Assembly: GCA_965240325.2 (NCBI GenBank)
Contig: OZ251242.1
Location: forward strand, 558,001 to 622,000
From: Rebecca billardiae RCC1528
Lineage: Eukaryota; Protista; Haptophyta
Reading direction: 5' to 3'
Length of the DNA stretch: 64,000 nucleotides
The translations under genes and the position numbers were made by a program. Shown here in pieces: positions 1 through 12,530 of the stretch; within the stretch, counting starts at the first letter, position 1; each line of letters begins with the position of its first letter. The notes beneath the pieces were generated by a model that did no database searches, had not been told where the DNA came from, and worked only from the letters and a program-made list of their open reading frames with translations.

Positions 1-140
1 CCGCCGCGTCGGCAGCGGACACCTTGTGCCCGACGGGGAGGGCGGGCTTGACGTGCACGCCGTCCGTGCCGAGCTCGAAGCGCCGGCGGAACCACGCGAG
101 CCGCGCGAGCCCCGGCGTGGGCAGCGAGCCGTCCACCGCA

Positions 141-177
<37 letters not shown>

Positions 178-1132
178 GCTGCGCCGCGTTGGCGCGCGCG
201 AGCTCGTCGGCGGCGAGGGCGAGGGCGAGCTCGGTCTCGGCCTCGACGGGCGAGGCGAAGAGGCGCTCCCGCCGCACGTGCTCCGGCCACACGCCGTGCG
301 CCGTGAGCGCCTGCAGCGCCAGCCGCAGCCGCTCCGCCCGCCGCGTGCGCGCGCGCGCGCCTCGCTCGCCCGGCAGCCGCAGCCGGCGCACGTACACGGG
401 CCCGGGGCGCGCGCAGTTCATGTCGCGCTCGTACGCCTCGTGGAAGAGGCGCGCGGTCTCGGTGTCCATCCGCGGGAGCAGCGGCGCCACGTCCGGCTCG
501 GGCAGCACGCGCGGCAGCGCGCGCGGCCCGTACCGCTCCGCCCAGAGCGAGAGGAAGAAAAGTCCGGATGAGTCGTGGAAGCAGCGCCGCAGCGCGTCGA
601 GCGCGGCGGCCTCGGCGCGGCCGTCGGCGGAGGGCGCGTCGCGCGCGCCCCAGCGCGACTCGTACAGCTCGAACGCCACGCGCGCCTGCCGCGCGCGCTC
701 GCGCACGCGCGGCACCACGCTGCCGCTCAGCACGTCGCGCTCGAGCGCTGTGTCCTCGAGCGTGCCGCTCACAAACACGCGCAGCGCGCGCCGCGCGCCC
801 GGCGGCGGGGGCGGGGCGGCGGGGGCGAGCGCGCCGCCGCCGAGCGCGGCGACGAACGCGTCCACGCTGCCCACCGCGTCGAGCAGCGCGGCGCGCGCGC
901 GCATGAACTCGGGCCTCGAGAGCGCGCCGTCGCGGTCCGTGTCCGCCTCGGCAAACCACACGCGCACGTCGGCGCGCGCGAGCCCGCGGTGCGCGAGGAG
1001 GCGCGCGAAGCCGTCGAGGCCGACGACGCCGGCGGGCGTCGAGAAGCGCGCAAAGTCGGCCTCCGCCTCCGCCGCCAGCCGGCGCTGCTGCTGCGCCTCG
1101 TCCTCGGGCGTGCAGCCGGCCGCGCCCAGCAT
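1..1132 (-). CDS. EF-hand + DUF4062 (NWD1/NWD2-like N-terminus) protein, 3' part outside window
   Basis: Manual minus-strand translation from ATG at 1132: MLGAAGCTPEDE... EF-hand loop ADTDRDGALSRPEF, then LRVFVSGTLEDTALERDVL...ESRWG...FFLSLWAERYG.RALP...YERDMN, which matches DUF4062/NWD-type motifs. The frame stays open to the left edge. Confidence 0.7.
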
Positions 1133-1764
1133 GATGCCCGGCCGCGACGGCGGCTGCTGCTCAAAGCTGCTGCCCAATCGGTGCGCACCAAACCCGCTGG
1201 GCCGATAGGCGAGTGAAACGGCCGCCGAGCGAACCTGTCCAGCTAGCGCGCCGGTTTTCTGCCTGTCGTTCTGACGATGCCCGAAATAAGGCGACTACAC
1301 TGACAAACAGTCCGTGGTCCGGCCCGACGGGTGACGCCAACCTCTCAGCTCTGCCTGCGCCGCCGCGCGACCCCACCTGCAGTCTCTATCCATCTATATC
1401 ATATGATAGATCATCTGTCACACTACAGTCTGCCAAGCGCCGCCGCCGCGCCGCGGATCGCCCTCGGCGCCGACAACACGTCGGCGTCATCGTCGGTCGA
1501 CCGCGCCTCCCGGACTGTCCGGCGCCACCGTGCCCCTGTCGTCCGGTCTCCCGCTGGCTCGCGGTGCGGCGCCTTCGAGTGCGCGCGCGCAGTGCACGGC
1601 GCCCCCGCCCGCAGCCAGCGCCCAGCACGCAGCAGCCGGCAGGCAGGCGTCCTTGCCGCCGCGGCCGCGGCCGCGTCGCGCGGGCGGACGTGCGGCCGTG
1701 CGTGTTGGTGTGTTCTCACTGTTCTGCCTCTGCTGGGGAGCGGCGCTGCTCGGGCGGCGGCGCA

Positions 1765-4136
1765 CTACTGCACGGCCACGGCGCTGCCGCCGCCGCCCGC
1801 CGCCGCGCGCGCCTCGCGCGCCTCGCGCGCCTCGGCGGCGGCGAGCGCGGCCGCGAGCGGCTGGCACTCGACCTTGTGCCCTGCGCGCCAGTGCGCCTTC
1901 TGACACTCGCGGCCGCAGTAGAGCGCGGCGTGGCAGCCGACGCACCGCAGCAGCGCGAGCCCGAGCCCCGCGTGCGGCGTGGGGCAGAGGGCGTTCCAGC
2001 ACTGCGTGTCGAGGTCGCGGTCGGCGGGCGGCGGCGGCGGGAGCGCGGCGGACGCGAGGAACGGCAGCAGGGCCGCCGCCGCCGCGGCCGAGACCTGGCC
2101 CGCGCCGTCGCACACGTCAGCGCCGGCCGCGCCGGCCGCCGCGCCGCCCGCGCCGCCCGCGCCCGCCGCGCCCGCCGCCGCCGCACCCGCGCCCGGCGCG
2201 CCCGGCGCCGAGCCATTCGCGTCGGCGCCCTCGCCCGCGCCCTCGCCCGGCGCGCCCCCCGCGCCCTCCCTGCCCGCCGCCGCGCCCGCCGCGCCCGCCG
2301 CGCCCGCTTCGCCCTCGGGCGCGCCCACGGCCTCGTCCAGCGCCGCGCTCAGCTCGCGCCCCACCTGCAGCGTGGGCTCGGCCTTGCGCAGCTCGTCGAC
2401 GTTGTGCAGCACGCGGCGGAGCTCGGCGATGGCCTTGCCCCGCGCGCCCGCCAGCTGCGCCGCGACGCCCTTGTCCGCGGGCACCGCCAGCGCCCAGTGC
2501 AGCACGCTCTCGCCGCCCACGCGCACCGTCAGCCAGCGCTCAAGCAGCTCGGCCATCGAGACAAACGCGCGCACGTGCTCGTTGGCGAGCTGCCCCGAGA
2601 GCGGCGGGTCGGTGGGCGGGAGCAGGCCGAGCGCGCGCCGCACGTTCGAGAGCATCTTCGCGTAGTTGAGCAGCGCGAGCGTCAGCCCCGTCGTCGTCAC
2701 CTGCGCGTGCACCGGCAGCTGCGGCCGCACGCTCAGCAGCTCGCCCAGGAAGGGGAGCAGCGTGGCGCGCGCAAACGGCTCGCCGAGCAGCGGCTCGAGG
2801 AGGCGCAGCGCGTCGTGCTGGTACGCCGGGTTGATCGGGCCGAGCTGCGGCGCGCACGTCGACTCGGCGTCGCCCACCGCCGTCGCGGCCGCGAGGCACG
2901 CCGCGATCGCCAGCGTCGCGTTCGACCCCGCGGCGTGCGCGTAGTTGAGCGCGGTCGTGCCGGCGCCGCCGTCCGCGCCGCCGCCGTCCGAGGTGTTCGC
3001 GCCCGCGACGTGCACGATGGCCGAGGCGGCGCGCGGCTCGAGGGCGAGCATGCCGATGCGCCGCGCGACGGCCTCGGCCGCGCCGCGCCGCGCGCTGCGC
3101 ACCGCCACCGGCCCGCCGCCCGGCAGCCCGAGCATCCGCCCGTGGATGGTCGCGAACGCCACCATCGCCGTCACCGCCACGCCCGCCGGCCGACGGTCGT
3201 TGCCGATCGCGGCGATCAGCGCGTTGACCACGTCCTCGTTGCGCCCGAGGCAGAGCTGGCGCGGCGCGTCGGACTGCGCGATCCAGCTGCGGGGCGGGGC
3301 GGGCGGGCGCGCGCGGGGGGGGGCGGGACGGGCGGTGAGCAGGGGCGCGGGCGCGCGCGGGCAGCTGCGCGCGCGCGCGCGCTGCACGCTCGAGCGGCGC
3401 GGCGCGCGGCCGCGCGCGGCCGCGCGCACATGAGCACCTCCGCCGCCTCGGACGCCACGCACATCGCGTCGCCGAAGAGCCAGGCGGCCTCGCCGCCCTC
3501 CGCCGCGCCGCCCTCCCCGCCCACGCCGCTGCCGAACGACGTCGCCATCCGCACGCTGCCGCCGAGGCTGAGCAGCCCGCTGACCTCGTCGTCCTCGCCG
3601 TCCTCGGGACGGTCGGTGGCGAGCGCGGCGTCGTCCATCTCGGTGAGCTGCGCGATGGCGGTGCAGAAGTGGGCGTCGGCCGCGAGCGCGTTCAGACCCT
3701 CGCCCATCGCGTGGTCCTGCCCCTTCAGCCCCGACAGGTCGAACAGGCTCAGCGCGCGGCGGCGCGCGCACGCGCGCGAGACGGCCGCGTCGCCGTGGTA
3801 CCGCGCCTCCTTGTACGCGCGGTCGGCGTTGAGGAAGTTGGCGGCGAGGAAGCGGACGTACGCGGTGGAGCCCTCTGCGGAGAGCTTCCAGCGCCGCACG
3901 AGCCCGTCCTCCGGGCTGTTCCACAGCAGCAGCTTGAGCTCGACCGCTTTGAGCGCGTCCTCGTCCTCGCGGCCGCCGCCGCTCGCCGCCAGCTCGGAGA
4001 CGACGCGCTCGGCGCGCTTCTTCGCGTTGCGCGACGGGCCGTCGCGCAGGCGCACGATGCGCTCGCGCATCTCGACCGAGCAGCCCTCGAGGATCCGCTC
4101 GAACGTCTGGCGCAGCGCCGTCGGCGGCAGGGCCAT
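1765..4136 (-). CDS. MYND zinc-finger protein (2 exons; intron 3287-3429)
   Basis: The C-terminus CWNALC...LLRCVGCHAALYCGRECQKAHWRAGHKVEC is a zf-MYND motif. The GT-AG intron joins ORF 3216..4181 to ORF 1765..4494 in frame (EVLI-WIAQSD). Confidence 0.85.
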
Positions 4137-4353
4137 GGCCGCGGAGGGCGCGTCGCGAGGTCGCGGGAGCGCTTGGGCCAACCGCGGAACCAGCAGTCCG
4201 GGCGGGGGCGTGAATGGTCCGGGTTGGATGCATCAGGGGATCCCATCCACTGCTACAATATTTATCTAGGATCCCGCCTGTGAAATGATCCAGCCGCAGC
4301 CGCCCATCCCATTCCCAACGCTCCCGGTTCGGAGAGGCTCCTCGCCGCCCGCC

Positions 4354-4662
4354 ATGACGCGCTACATCGTGCTCGCACACCCGATGCTGCAGACCGACGT
4401 CAACGCGCTGCCGTCGGACGTGCGCGGCGTCGTGGTCGAGAAGTCCACACGCTCCGCCACCGGCGAGGCGCAGCTCGACGCGGCCGGCGTGCACGCGCTC
4501 GGCGACGCGCTCACCCTCGACCTGCCAAAGGGGTCGTTCGGCATCCTCAACGAGCTGCCGTCAGTCGAGGCCTTCGCGGCGGAGCTCACCCCTTCGGGCG
4601 CCAAGTACCTGCAGAGCATGGGCGCCGATCTCGAGATCGACCAGCAGATGCATGCCTTCTAA
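4354..4662 (+). CDS. Small standalone peptidase inhibitor I9 (subtilisin-propeptide)-like protein, 102 aa
   Basis: N-terminal YIV, FAAELT and C-terminal LEIDQQMHAF resemble the I9 pattern. Coding-like codon usage. Divergent from the MYND gene. Confidence 0.6.
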   Translation: MTRYIVLAHPMLQTDVNALPSDVRGVVVEKSTRSATGEAQLDAAGVHALGDALTLDLPKGSFGILNELPSVEAFAAELTPSGAKYLQSMGADLEIDQQMHAF

Positions 4663-5061
4663 GCGCTGGCCACGGCAATGAAACCGCACGAATGACGGCC
4701 GCGCACGCCCGCCGCCATTGGCCCGGGCCGCGGCCGGTACTCCCATCCCAGTCCCAGGCCGTCCGTGACGACGGCCCCGCATGTCAGGGTTCAGACCAGA
4801 TGATGTCAATATGGTATTATAATAATGTATGTTGATACAGCCCATGAGCGTCCCCGAACCGTTCCGGCGCGGCCCCGGCGGCCGTGGCGGCCGAGCTGGC
4901 GGCGACCCGCCGCGCGCGCGGGGCCGGCCCGGGGGCTGGTCACCGGCCGCCCTGCCGCGTCTGCATCCGTCCGTGCCCGATGACACCCGAAGCATCATCG
5001 GAGCCGCGATTCAGTGGCGCGCTGCCAGCCAGCAGCCTGGCCAGCCTGGCACCGGCCGGCC

Positions 5062-5543
5062 GACTCATTCTATGATTTAACGACACAGGTAGGACGGCGC
5101 AGGTCTCCTGATTCGTCGTCGGCAGTGCCCGATCGTCGACGACACGAAGTCGGCGCTGGTGGCAGAGCATAGCCTGAACCGCGATCGAATGGCTTGAGCG
5201 CGGCCTTGAGCTGCTGGAGCGCGATCCACCTGCGCTGCGCGGCTCGCATGGACCTGCTGTGCCCCGAGCGAGGGCGAGGGTGCAGGTCCGGATGTCAGAC
5301 GGCCGTCTCAGCCGCTGGGCCCTGGCGGGTGATCCGGCGGTGATGTAGTCGTCCCCGTGTGCCCTGCGCGGCCGCGTGCGCGCTTGCCGCTCTGCTCAGC
5401 TGGCTTGCTGGCGGCGGCTGGCGCTGCTGCGGCGTGCAGGGTACGCTTTGCCCCGGACTGCTGCGCATCCTCGTCGTCCGAGTCGTCGTCCATGGACGAG
5501 TCTCGGTCCGCGTGGGGGACAGCAGCTGGAGCAGGCGCAGGTG
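5062..5543 (-). mobile_element. 5'-truncated copy of retroposon-like family R
   Basis: Near-identical to 38016-~38494. Shares the fixed terminus GACTCATTCTATGATTTAACGACACAGGTAGGACG. Confidence 0.75.
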
Positions 5544-5564
5544 TCTTCGGCACTCGGTCCGCGC

Positions 5565-6470
5565 GGCCTGTTTTATTTCTACGAGAGCCCAACGGCGACA
5601 TTCGCCAAAACGCGGGTAAAATGGCGGCTTGCGGCTTGCCCGCTGGTGGGTGCCGGCGCGATTGCAGAGTAGTGATGGCACGTCGTTGGCGCATGTTCGT
5701 ACTAGGGCGCTGAGCTGTAGCGAAAGGTGTTGCCAAGACATGCTGCTTGCTTCGCCATGACACAGAGGTCACTCGCAGCGCACGGCAGTGTGACGATCGC
5801 CACGCCGCGGCGGCAGACCGCAGTAGTTGCGGGCGCGCTGCAAGCTGCAAGCACTCTGCCTTGGCTGCGTCGCGCCCGTGTCAGCTGGTGAACCAGGATA
5901 GTTGAACAACAGATGGACTGCAAATGATTCCAGCTCTACTCGGTCCGCCACCACTTCCTTGTCGAGCGTGAGATGTTTCTGTTGCGTGCGCTCGCATGCA
6001 GCTAGTGCCGCCTGCATTTGAACGTGGTCACGGCAGGTTGGTGGGCCGGTTGCTGAAGCCTCCTCGGCGTAGATGACGACAAGGTGCGTGCCACGCGCAC
6101 CCATGACGCGCGGAAAGGCGTGCACACGCGTCCTCGCGCATCTAGCAGGCTGCAGTCTTGGACAAGATGATGAGAACAAGCCTGCCAGTGCCCTCGCCGC
6201 GCGGGCGCGAGCGCGCGGAGAGTTCTAGGATCCGACCCATGGTGTTGGGTGTACCTCGTGTGCGACAATGGCGAGGCGGACGAGAGCCGCAACGGGATTC
6301 CTGCACTCACCGGTCACTAAGGAGTGCAGGAATCGCGTTCCTCGCGCACGTGGGGGCCGCCATCGGCCGTGAGAGGTACACCCAACGGGGCGTGACACCG
6401 ATTCCCACTGGCGGCCAAGGGTTTGTCGCCGTGACATAGTAAATGGAATCTGGTAGAAATAAAACAGGCC
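5565..6470. mobile_element. Non-autonomous DNA transposon (MITE family M), copy 1, 906 bp
   Basis: 18-bp TIR GGCCTGTTTTATTTCTAC; 4-bp TSD GCGC (5561-5564 / 6471-6474). Confidence 0.92.
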
Positions 6471-8432
6471 GCGCCGCGTACTCTCGGTACCGCAGACAGA
6501 GCACGGGCCCAGGCCCACTCACCTCGAGGGGTGGGCCGCCGGGCTGCACCACCGGTACCGGGCGGTCGACCCCTCGAGGTGGCGTCGGCGGTAGTAGTTG
6601 TGGCCGCGTCATTGCCCAACGCGCTTTTGGCGGCGCGCTCCCTCTCCGAGCCCCTCTCACTGACTGGGCGTAGGAGGCCGTCGGCGGTGGCGCGCGGCTC
6701 GGGGGACGAGGTGGCGGGGCGCCTCGTCTGCCAGCTGCACGACGCTTTACCGTCTTCATGCAGGCCTGCCAGGCCACCGACGACGGCGGCTTGCGCGACT
6801 CCAGGGTGCGCTTTTGTGTCGAGCAACTCCTGTCGGGACGGGGACGGTGCTGCGACCCCACAGCGGGCACAGGGCGGGGCTGGGGTTCCAGTGGGGAACC
6901 GCGGCCCCGCGACTCCCAGCGCGCCGGCCCGCGGGCCGGCCCCGCGCCCCCGCCGCCGCGCCGCGCAAGGCGGCGGCAGCCACACCGGCCTCCAGTGTGC
7001 CTGGGCAGCCTGGCTGGCGCTGCGATTTGCGAAGGAAGGAAGGAGGGGTCCACGTGCATGTTGGCAGAAGAAAGCACTTCGCGCACGGCTCGCTGGTGAA
7101 GCCGGCCACGGGGTGGCGTCGGGCACGCCGCGCTGCCGATGCGCGTGCGGACCCAATGCCGCAGCTTTCCGCAACCGCAACGCTGGAAGTGGAGGACCCT
7201 CCCAGGAGTCTGCGTCGGCGCCCTCGGCGACGGACCGACTCACCGACGAGTGAGATGTCGTTGGCGCGAACTTCGTGGGCCCACCAGTCCGGAGAGGAGC
7301 GAGCAACCGACGCTGGCTTTCTCAGGCCACCTGGATAGAATGATGGGCAGCCAGGGGCTGGCGGCCGCCGAGAGGTGCCGCCTCCTCCCACACCCGCGCT
7401 GGCCAAGACGGCGCGGCGGCGCGGCGGGGTGACGCTGATGTACAAGTATGTGGATGGACCTGCCCCACCCTGCATCATTATCTTCCCGTTTTCCCCTCCC
7501 GGCTGGGCGGCTCTGGATCCACGAGTCGACGCGGCGTCGCTCATGAACAGCGCAGGCAGCTTGTGAGTGCAATAGCAGTAGTTGCTGGCGCGGGGCGCGC
7601 GGCCGTGCCGATCGATCTCGCGGAGCGGTCATCGGGCGTCGTTGTGCACGTGTTGGACGGAGGCGTCACACAGGGGCGTTGCGCCAGCTGGACAAACGCC
7701 CTCCGGTCTTTTCAATCTGCGCTTTTCAAAACGAAATGTTCCGCGCTCTGTCCCTCGGCAAAGCGCGGCGGATGGCGGCTTCGCCGCCGCATGGGCGCGC
7801 GAGTCGCCGTTGCCCGCAGAAGACGTGCGTCAGAGGCAAGGAAGCGGGCAGATGGCACGTCGAGCATGTCATGGGACTCGGTCGCGACGCTCGCCAGCCT
7901 CAGCGCGCGCGGCGAAACCAGGTCCATGGGCGCCCAGCGTGCAGGCGGCACGGCCACGCCGCTGGGCCGCGCGACCGGCCTCGCAAGCGTCCTTGCGGCG
8001 CGAAAGGGCATCCCAGCTGCGGTCATTCGACGTGTGCGTCGGGAGACGTGTGCCAGCTAGCCAATGCGCACGCGCCGCGAGCTGCAAGGCGTGCGCAAAC
8101 GCCGCCCGCCGTGCTCCGAAAGCGGCCGACAGCGGGAGAGGGCCCCGATCCGAAGGCGGCTCTCGCCGGGGAACCTCCACTACCATAGTCCAAGGAGAAT
8201 CCTGGGTGGTGGGTCCCTTCGCGTTTGTTCTGCTGGCGCAACGCTCCGGAGTCACCAGAAATCATAGTCAGCACCTAATCTCGCCTGCCTAAGCTGTACT
8301 CACAAATGTGTGATAATTCTATCTAGATGATTTGAAGACACAGGCACGAGGGATAATAAAAGCGCCGCCGCCGTATTCAAAATCGTTTCGCGTGCCTCAA
8401 CGAAATCGCCGCGCGAGTTGCTCACTCGACAA

Positions 8433-9842
8433 ATGGCCCCCTTCAATCTCAACAAGTCCCAGGGGCAACGCCGGGCGCCTCGGCTGTTCGGCAAGCGTGG
8501 GGCAGACGCAGAGCGCGGCAATGGGGAGCCAGCGGAGAGTGCAGACGCCTCGGCTGCGCTGCGGCCGCCGCAGGCCGAGCAACCGACGCCTCCCGGCATC
8601 CAGAAAGGCCGCACGCAGCGCTTCAAGGTGGACGAGTACAGGCACGGCGCGATGATCTATCTTCACTTCAGCCTGTGGGCCGCGATCGTACCGATGGTCT
8701 ACATCTGGACGCTGACGCTGCAGCTTTACTGGAGCCCAGGCCACTACACGCGGTACAACCACGCTCTGCCCGACAGCTTTTCGACGCCTGGCCTGGACCC
8801 CGGCGTGCCTGGCGACCCCAGGTCCATCGGGTACACGCTCTCCTCGTTCATCTCGAACGCACACTCCACTGGGATGATGGCCTTTGCGTTCAAGGGCAAC
8901 TCGTTCATCACGTGCGCGCGCGGGTAGCGCTCATGGTTGGCCGGTTGCCGGGGCGCAGCTAGCATGCATCTGACAAGAGTACTCACGCGCGGTGAATACG
9001 CGGCCTCCCTGCGTCCCTATCTTCTCCGTCGCGTGCCCCCTGGTGTTCGGCGCGCCGACCGAATGCCCGGGGCGCGCCCATCAGGTGGTCTGAGTACGGG
9101 CTGCGCGCATTCCTCGAGAACGTGGCTGAGGACGACGAGAACGACGATCGCTACATGTACGCATTCATCCTGATCTCCATCCACGAGATCGCCTTCGGGC
9201 TCTTCATGGCCTTCTCCACGGACTACATGCCGATCTCTCACCTCGTCTCCGTGGTCTGCTTCTGTATCTCGTCCGTCGCGGCGTACGTGTACCTGAACGC
9301 GATTGGCAAGTACTACCGCGCGTTGCATGGTGACTCCAGGCACGGCCTGCATCCCAACTGCATATGGCTCCTCGGCGCTGCAGTAGGCGCCTTTTCCATC
9401 GTGCGCGCTCGCGTCCACGCGTGCCCGCCGGTGTGCGTCGGGCAGGCAGCGCGCTGTGATAAGCGCATCATCCCCCTCCTCTCCCCCGCAGCTGCTCATG
9501 TTCGTCATCATCCATCAACTCTTTGACACGAACTGGGGCCACTGGTTCTGGGCGTGCGAGTGCACCGGCATCAGCAGTATCCTGCTCGTCCAGCTCGTCG
9601 ATCGATACTCCAAGTTCGTCGAGAATCGCGGGTGGCCACACACGCGTTACGTCCTCACGTTCGGCCTCACCGGCGATCCACACGGCAAGGACTACATGGT
9701 GTCTCATGTTAGTGACGCGGATGGCACAGTGAGGAGGGCGTCGCTCTTTGGGGGGGTGGCCCGGAAGGTCAGCATCAACACCGGACCCGCGGCAAGTCCT
9801 CGCCTCAAAGCCGCTACGACTGTGCTGCCCATGTCTGGCTGA
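8433..9842 (+). CDS. Multi-pass membrane protein, possibly Frag1/DRAM/Sfk1-like (introns 8912-9084, 9401-9491)
   Basis: Three hydrophobic exons join in frame through GT-AG introns. Motifs YTLSSFIS, ISHLVSVVCF and FWACE. The family call is tentative. Confidence 0.7.
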
Positions 9843-10665
9843 TGCGGACGGAGCGCAGTAGCAGATGCATATATATATGGGTTGGCGCTGCGCGTCAACT
9901 TGGGCTGGAAACCTGTTTCTGAAACGCATGATGGCACGCCGGGCCGGTCGCCCGAGCTCGGAATTCCGACGCTGCCACGGGCGCCACAGGGGCGCAGCGG
10001 CGGGGCTGACGTGACGCGCGCGCGCGTGTGCATGTCTGACCACGGAGTGCGCGCTGCAATGACTGGCCCGTCTGCAGCACCCCGCCCCGCGCTGTGAGTG
10101 AGAGTGTGCCCCGCGCCCAAGCGAGAAGGCGGGCCGCGGGCGGCACTCCGCCGACCTCGCCGGCCGCCGACCAGCCCGCGGCTGCCTGCTGCAGCTCGTG
10201 GAACACGCAGTCGCGCGCTCGCGCGTGGAGCCAGGCGGCCCTGCGCGTATGCGCCCGCCGGGCTTGCCGCTGCATTCGCTGGCACCGCAGGCGAGCCGCT
10301 CGTCGCGCGCAGTGCAGGTCGAGCCCTCCGCCGCCACCGAGCCGGCGCCACGCCTCGCGCTCGTGCTCGAGCTGAGGCGGCGCGTGTCGCCCGAGCCGGC
10401 GGGTTCGCGCGCGTGCGCGTGGTGGACAGCCTCGCGCGTGCGCCCGCCGCGCGCCCCGCGTCGCTCGCTTGGCGCCGCACGCGAGCCGCTCGTCGCGCGA
10501 CCGAACGACTCGGAACGAGACGTCAATCGCAAGGGCGACCCTTGGAATGGCGTGGGCTCTCCGCCTGTCGTCCTTCACGGGCCGTCGTCGACGCGAGGCC
10601 GCGCGAGGTTGCTCCGATGCTCCAGCTCACAGTCCAATGCAGGATGATACCCGCGTGCCACTGTC

Positions 10666-11582
10666 GGCCTGTTTTAATTCTACGAGAGCCCAACGGCGAC
10701 ATCAGCCAAAACGCGGTAAAATAATGGCGGCTTCGGCCGGCTGGTGGGGTGCAGCGGTAGTGCAGAGTAGTGGCGGCCCCGCGGCACGCCGTTGGCGCAT
10801 CCTCGTGCTAAGACGCTGAGCTGTGGCGAGAGACGTTGCCCAGACGTGCTGCTTCGACTTGCCGAGGTGCTTAGCCTTGACACAGGGGTTCCTCGCGGCG
10901 CACGCGCGCGACCAGCCACTGCATGAACCGCAGCGGCGGGCCCGCTGCAAGCTGCAAGCACTCTGCGTTGGCTGCGTCTAGCCCGTGCCATGTGACGACC
11001 AAGGCCGGCTGATAGAAAGATAGTCTGCCATCGAAACCAGCTCTACACGCTCCGCCGCCACTACCTTGTCGGGCTTGAGATGCTTCCGTTGCGTGCGCTC
11101 GCATGCGGCCTGTTGCCTGCTTTTGAACGTGATCGCGGCAGGTCGGCTGGCCGGATTGTCAAGCCTCCTCGGCGTAGACTACGACACGATGCGTGCTACA
11201 CGCACCCATGACACGCCGAAAGGCGTATGCACGCGTCTTCGCGCATCTGGCAGGCTGCAGTCTTGGCCAAATTGATGAGAACAAGCCTGCATCAAGCGCT
11301 CGTCGCGCAGGCGCGAGCGCGCGGAGAGTTCCGGGGCGACCCATGGTGCCTTGTTGGGGGACGCAACTCCTCCTCAACGGCTGCGAGCAGCGACACCGGA
11401 GCTAGATCGCTGCACTCAGCACTCCTCGCTGAGTGCAGCGTGACCCTCGGAGTCGTGCGTCTCGGCTTCCCGCCGGAGCCTTTGCGTCCCCCAACGGGGC
11501 GTGACACCGATTCCCACTGGCGGGCACGGGTTTGTCGCCGTGACATAGTAATAAATGGAATCTGGTAGAAATAAAACAGGCC
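10666..11582. mobile_element. MITE family M, copy 2 (diverged, 917 bp)
   Basis: TIRs GGCCTGTTTTAATTCTAC / GTAGAAATAAAACAGGCC; TSD TGTC (10662-10665 / 11583-11586). Internally colinear with copy 1 but with many substitutions. Confidence 0.9.
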
Positions 11583-11913
11583 TGTCAGCGCGCCCTTTCG
11601 CTCGTGAAATGTCTAGCGCGAGAAATTGACGGTTCGTGTGAATGTGAAGTGTGAACTCGCGACACGACGAATGGGCCGATGCGATTCGCGCGAATGTGAG
11701 TACGCAAACAAAGCGCCGAACGACGAGCGGTTTTTGACCGAACGACGATGCGGTCGTTTCTGTCCTACCCGAGCGCGTAAGCGGGTACGCGAATTGCGCA
11801 TATGTGACCCGGTGACTGGGTACGTGGTTAGCCGGGCGCGTCAAAAAAAGGCCTGCGACGGGCTGGTCCCCAGCGTGAAGTCGTGCCTTTATTGTTCATC
11901 TCGTGGGTTTCCA

Positions 11914-11915
<2 letters not shown>

Positions 11916-11976
<61 letters not shown>

Positions 11977-12090
11977 CATACTCATCAATCCCGGTATATA
12001 TATACTATATATATATATGATTTAACGACACAGGGCCGTACGACTGCCTTATTATTTTATATATAATAATAATAATAATACTTATTTAAT
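11916..12090. repeat. (TA)n microsatellite and AT-rich tract
   Basis: Directly visible: long TA run at 11916-11969, plus further TA and TAA runs. Confidence 0.95.
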
Positions 12091-12530
12091 ACGACTGCTG
12101 ATATATGGCTGCTACTACTGAGTCACTGACACTCACTGTCACTGACTACGGTCGCGGACCGTACAATTTCCGAGTATTCCACTCACTACCAGTACCACTG
12201 GCACTGATGAGATTCACTTAGACGACTGCTGCGGCGCTCTGCGGTCACTCAGTCACTCACTCGGCACCGCGCGGCCTAATGCCTGTAGTCGGCCACGCCG
12301 ACACCCTTCCCACCCCCCGGCCCGCCTCCAGCCCCTCCCCCCCTCCCCCCCATCGGCAGCATCCGTCGTAGCTTGCGGCATTTACACTCCCCACCGGCGG
12401 TGCATCCGGCGCGCCGGACAAACCGTCATCAGCCCGTCCGAGCTCGGAGCTGCCGCGCACCGCCTCAGACGGCTGCCCGCGCCGAGACACGCCAATTGGC
12501 GCGCTCTTGGCCAAGGCGTCTGTCCCCAGC

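Noticed and set aside
1213-4269. Long alternative-frame or antisense ORFs (also 12507-14471, 32813-35908, 47508-50972 and others)
   Set aside because: They are Arg/Ala/Pro-rich shadows of real genes, caused by stop-codon scarcity at very high GC.
5062-5126. Spliced-leader RNA gene (…ACGACACAG|GTAGG looks like an exon plus donor site)
   Set aside because: No Sm-binding site is visible. The variable one-sided truncation and TSD-like flanks fit a retroposon end better. Not fully excluded without 5' transcript data.
5702-6439. Transposase ORFs within the MITE
   Set aside because: The ORFs are short, have no DDE or zinc-finger motifs, and are not preserved in diverged copy 2.
6475-8300. Protein-coding gene
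   Set aside because: No frame shows recognisable motifs or convincing codon bias. Only a GC hairpin at 6521-6580 was noted.
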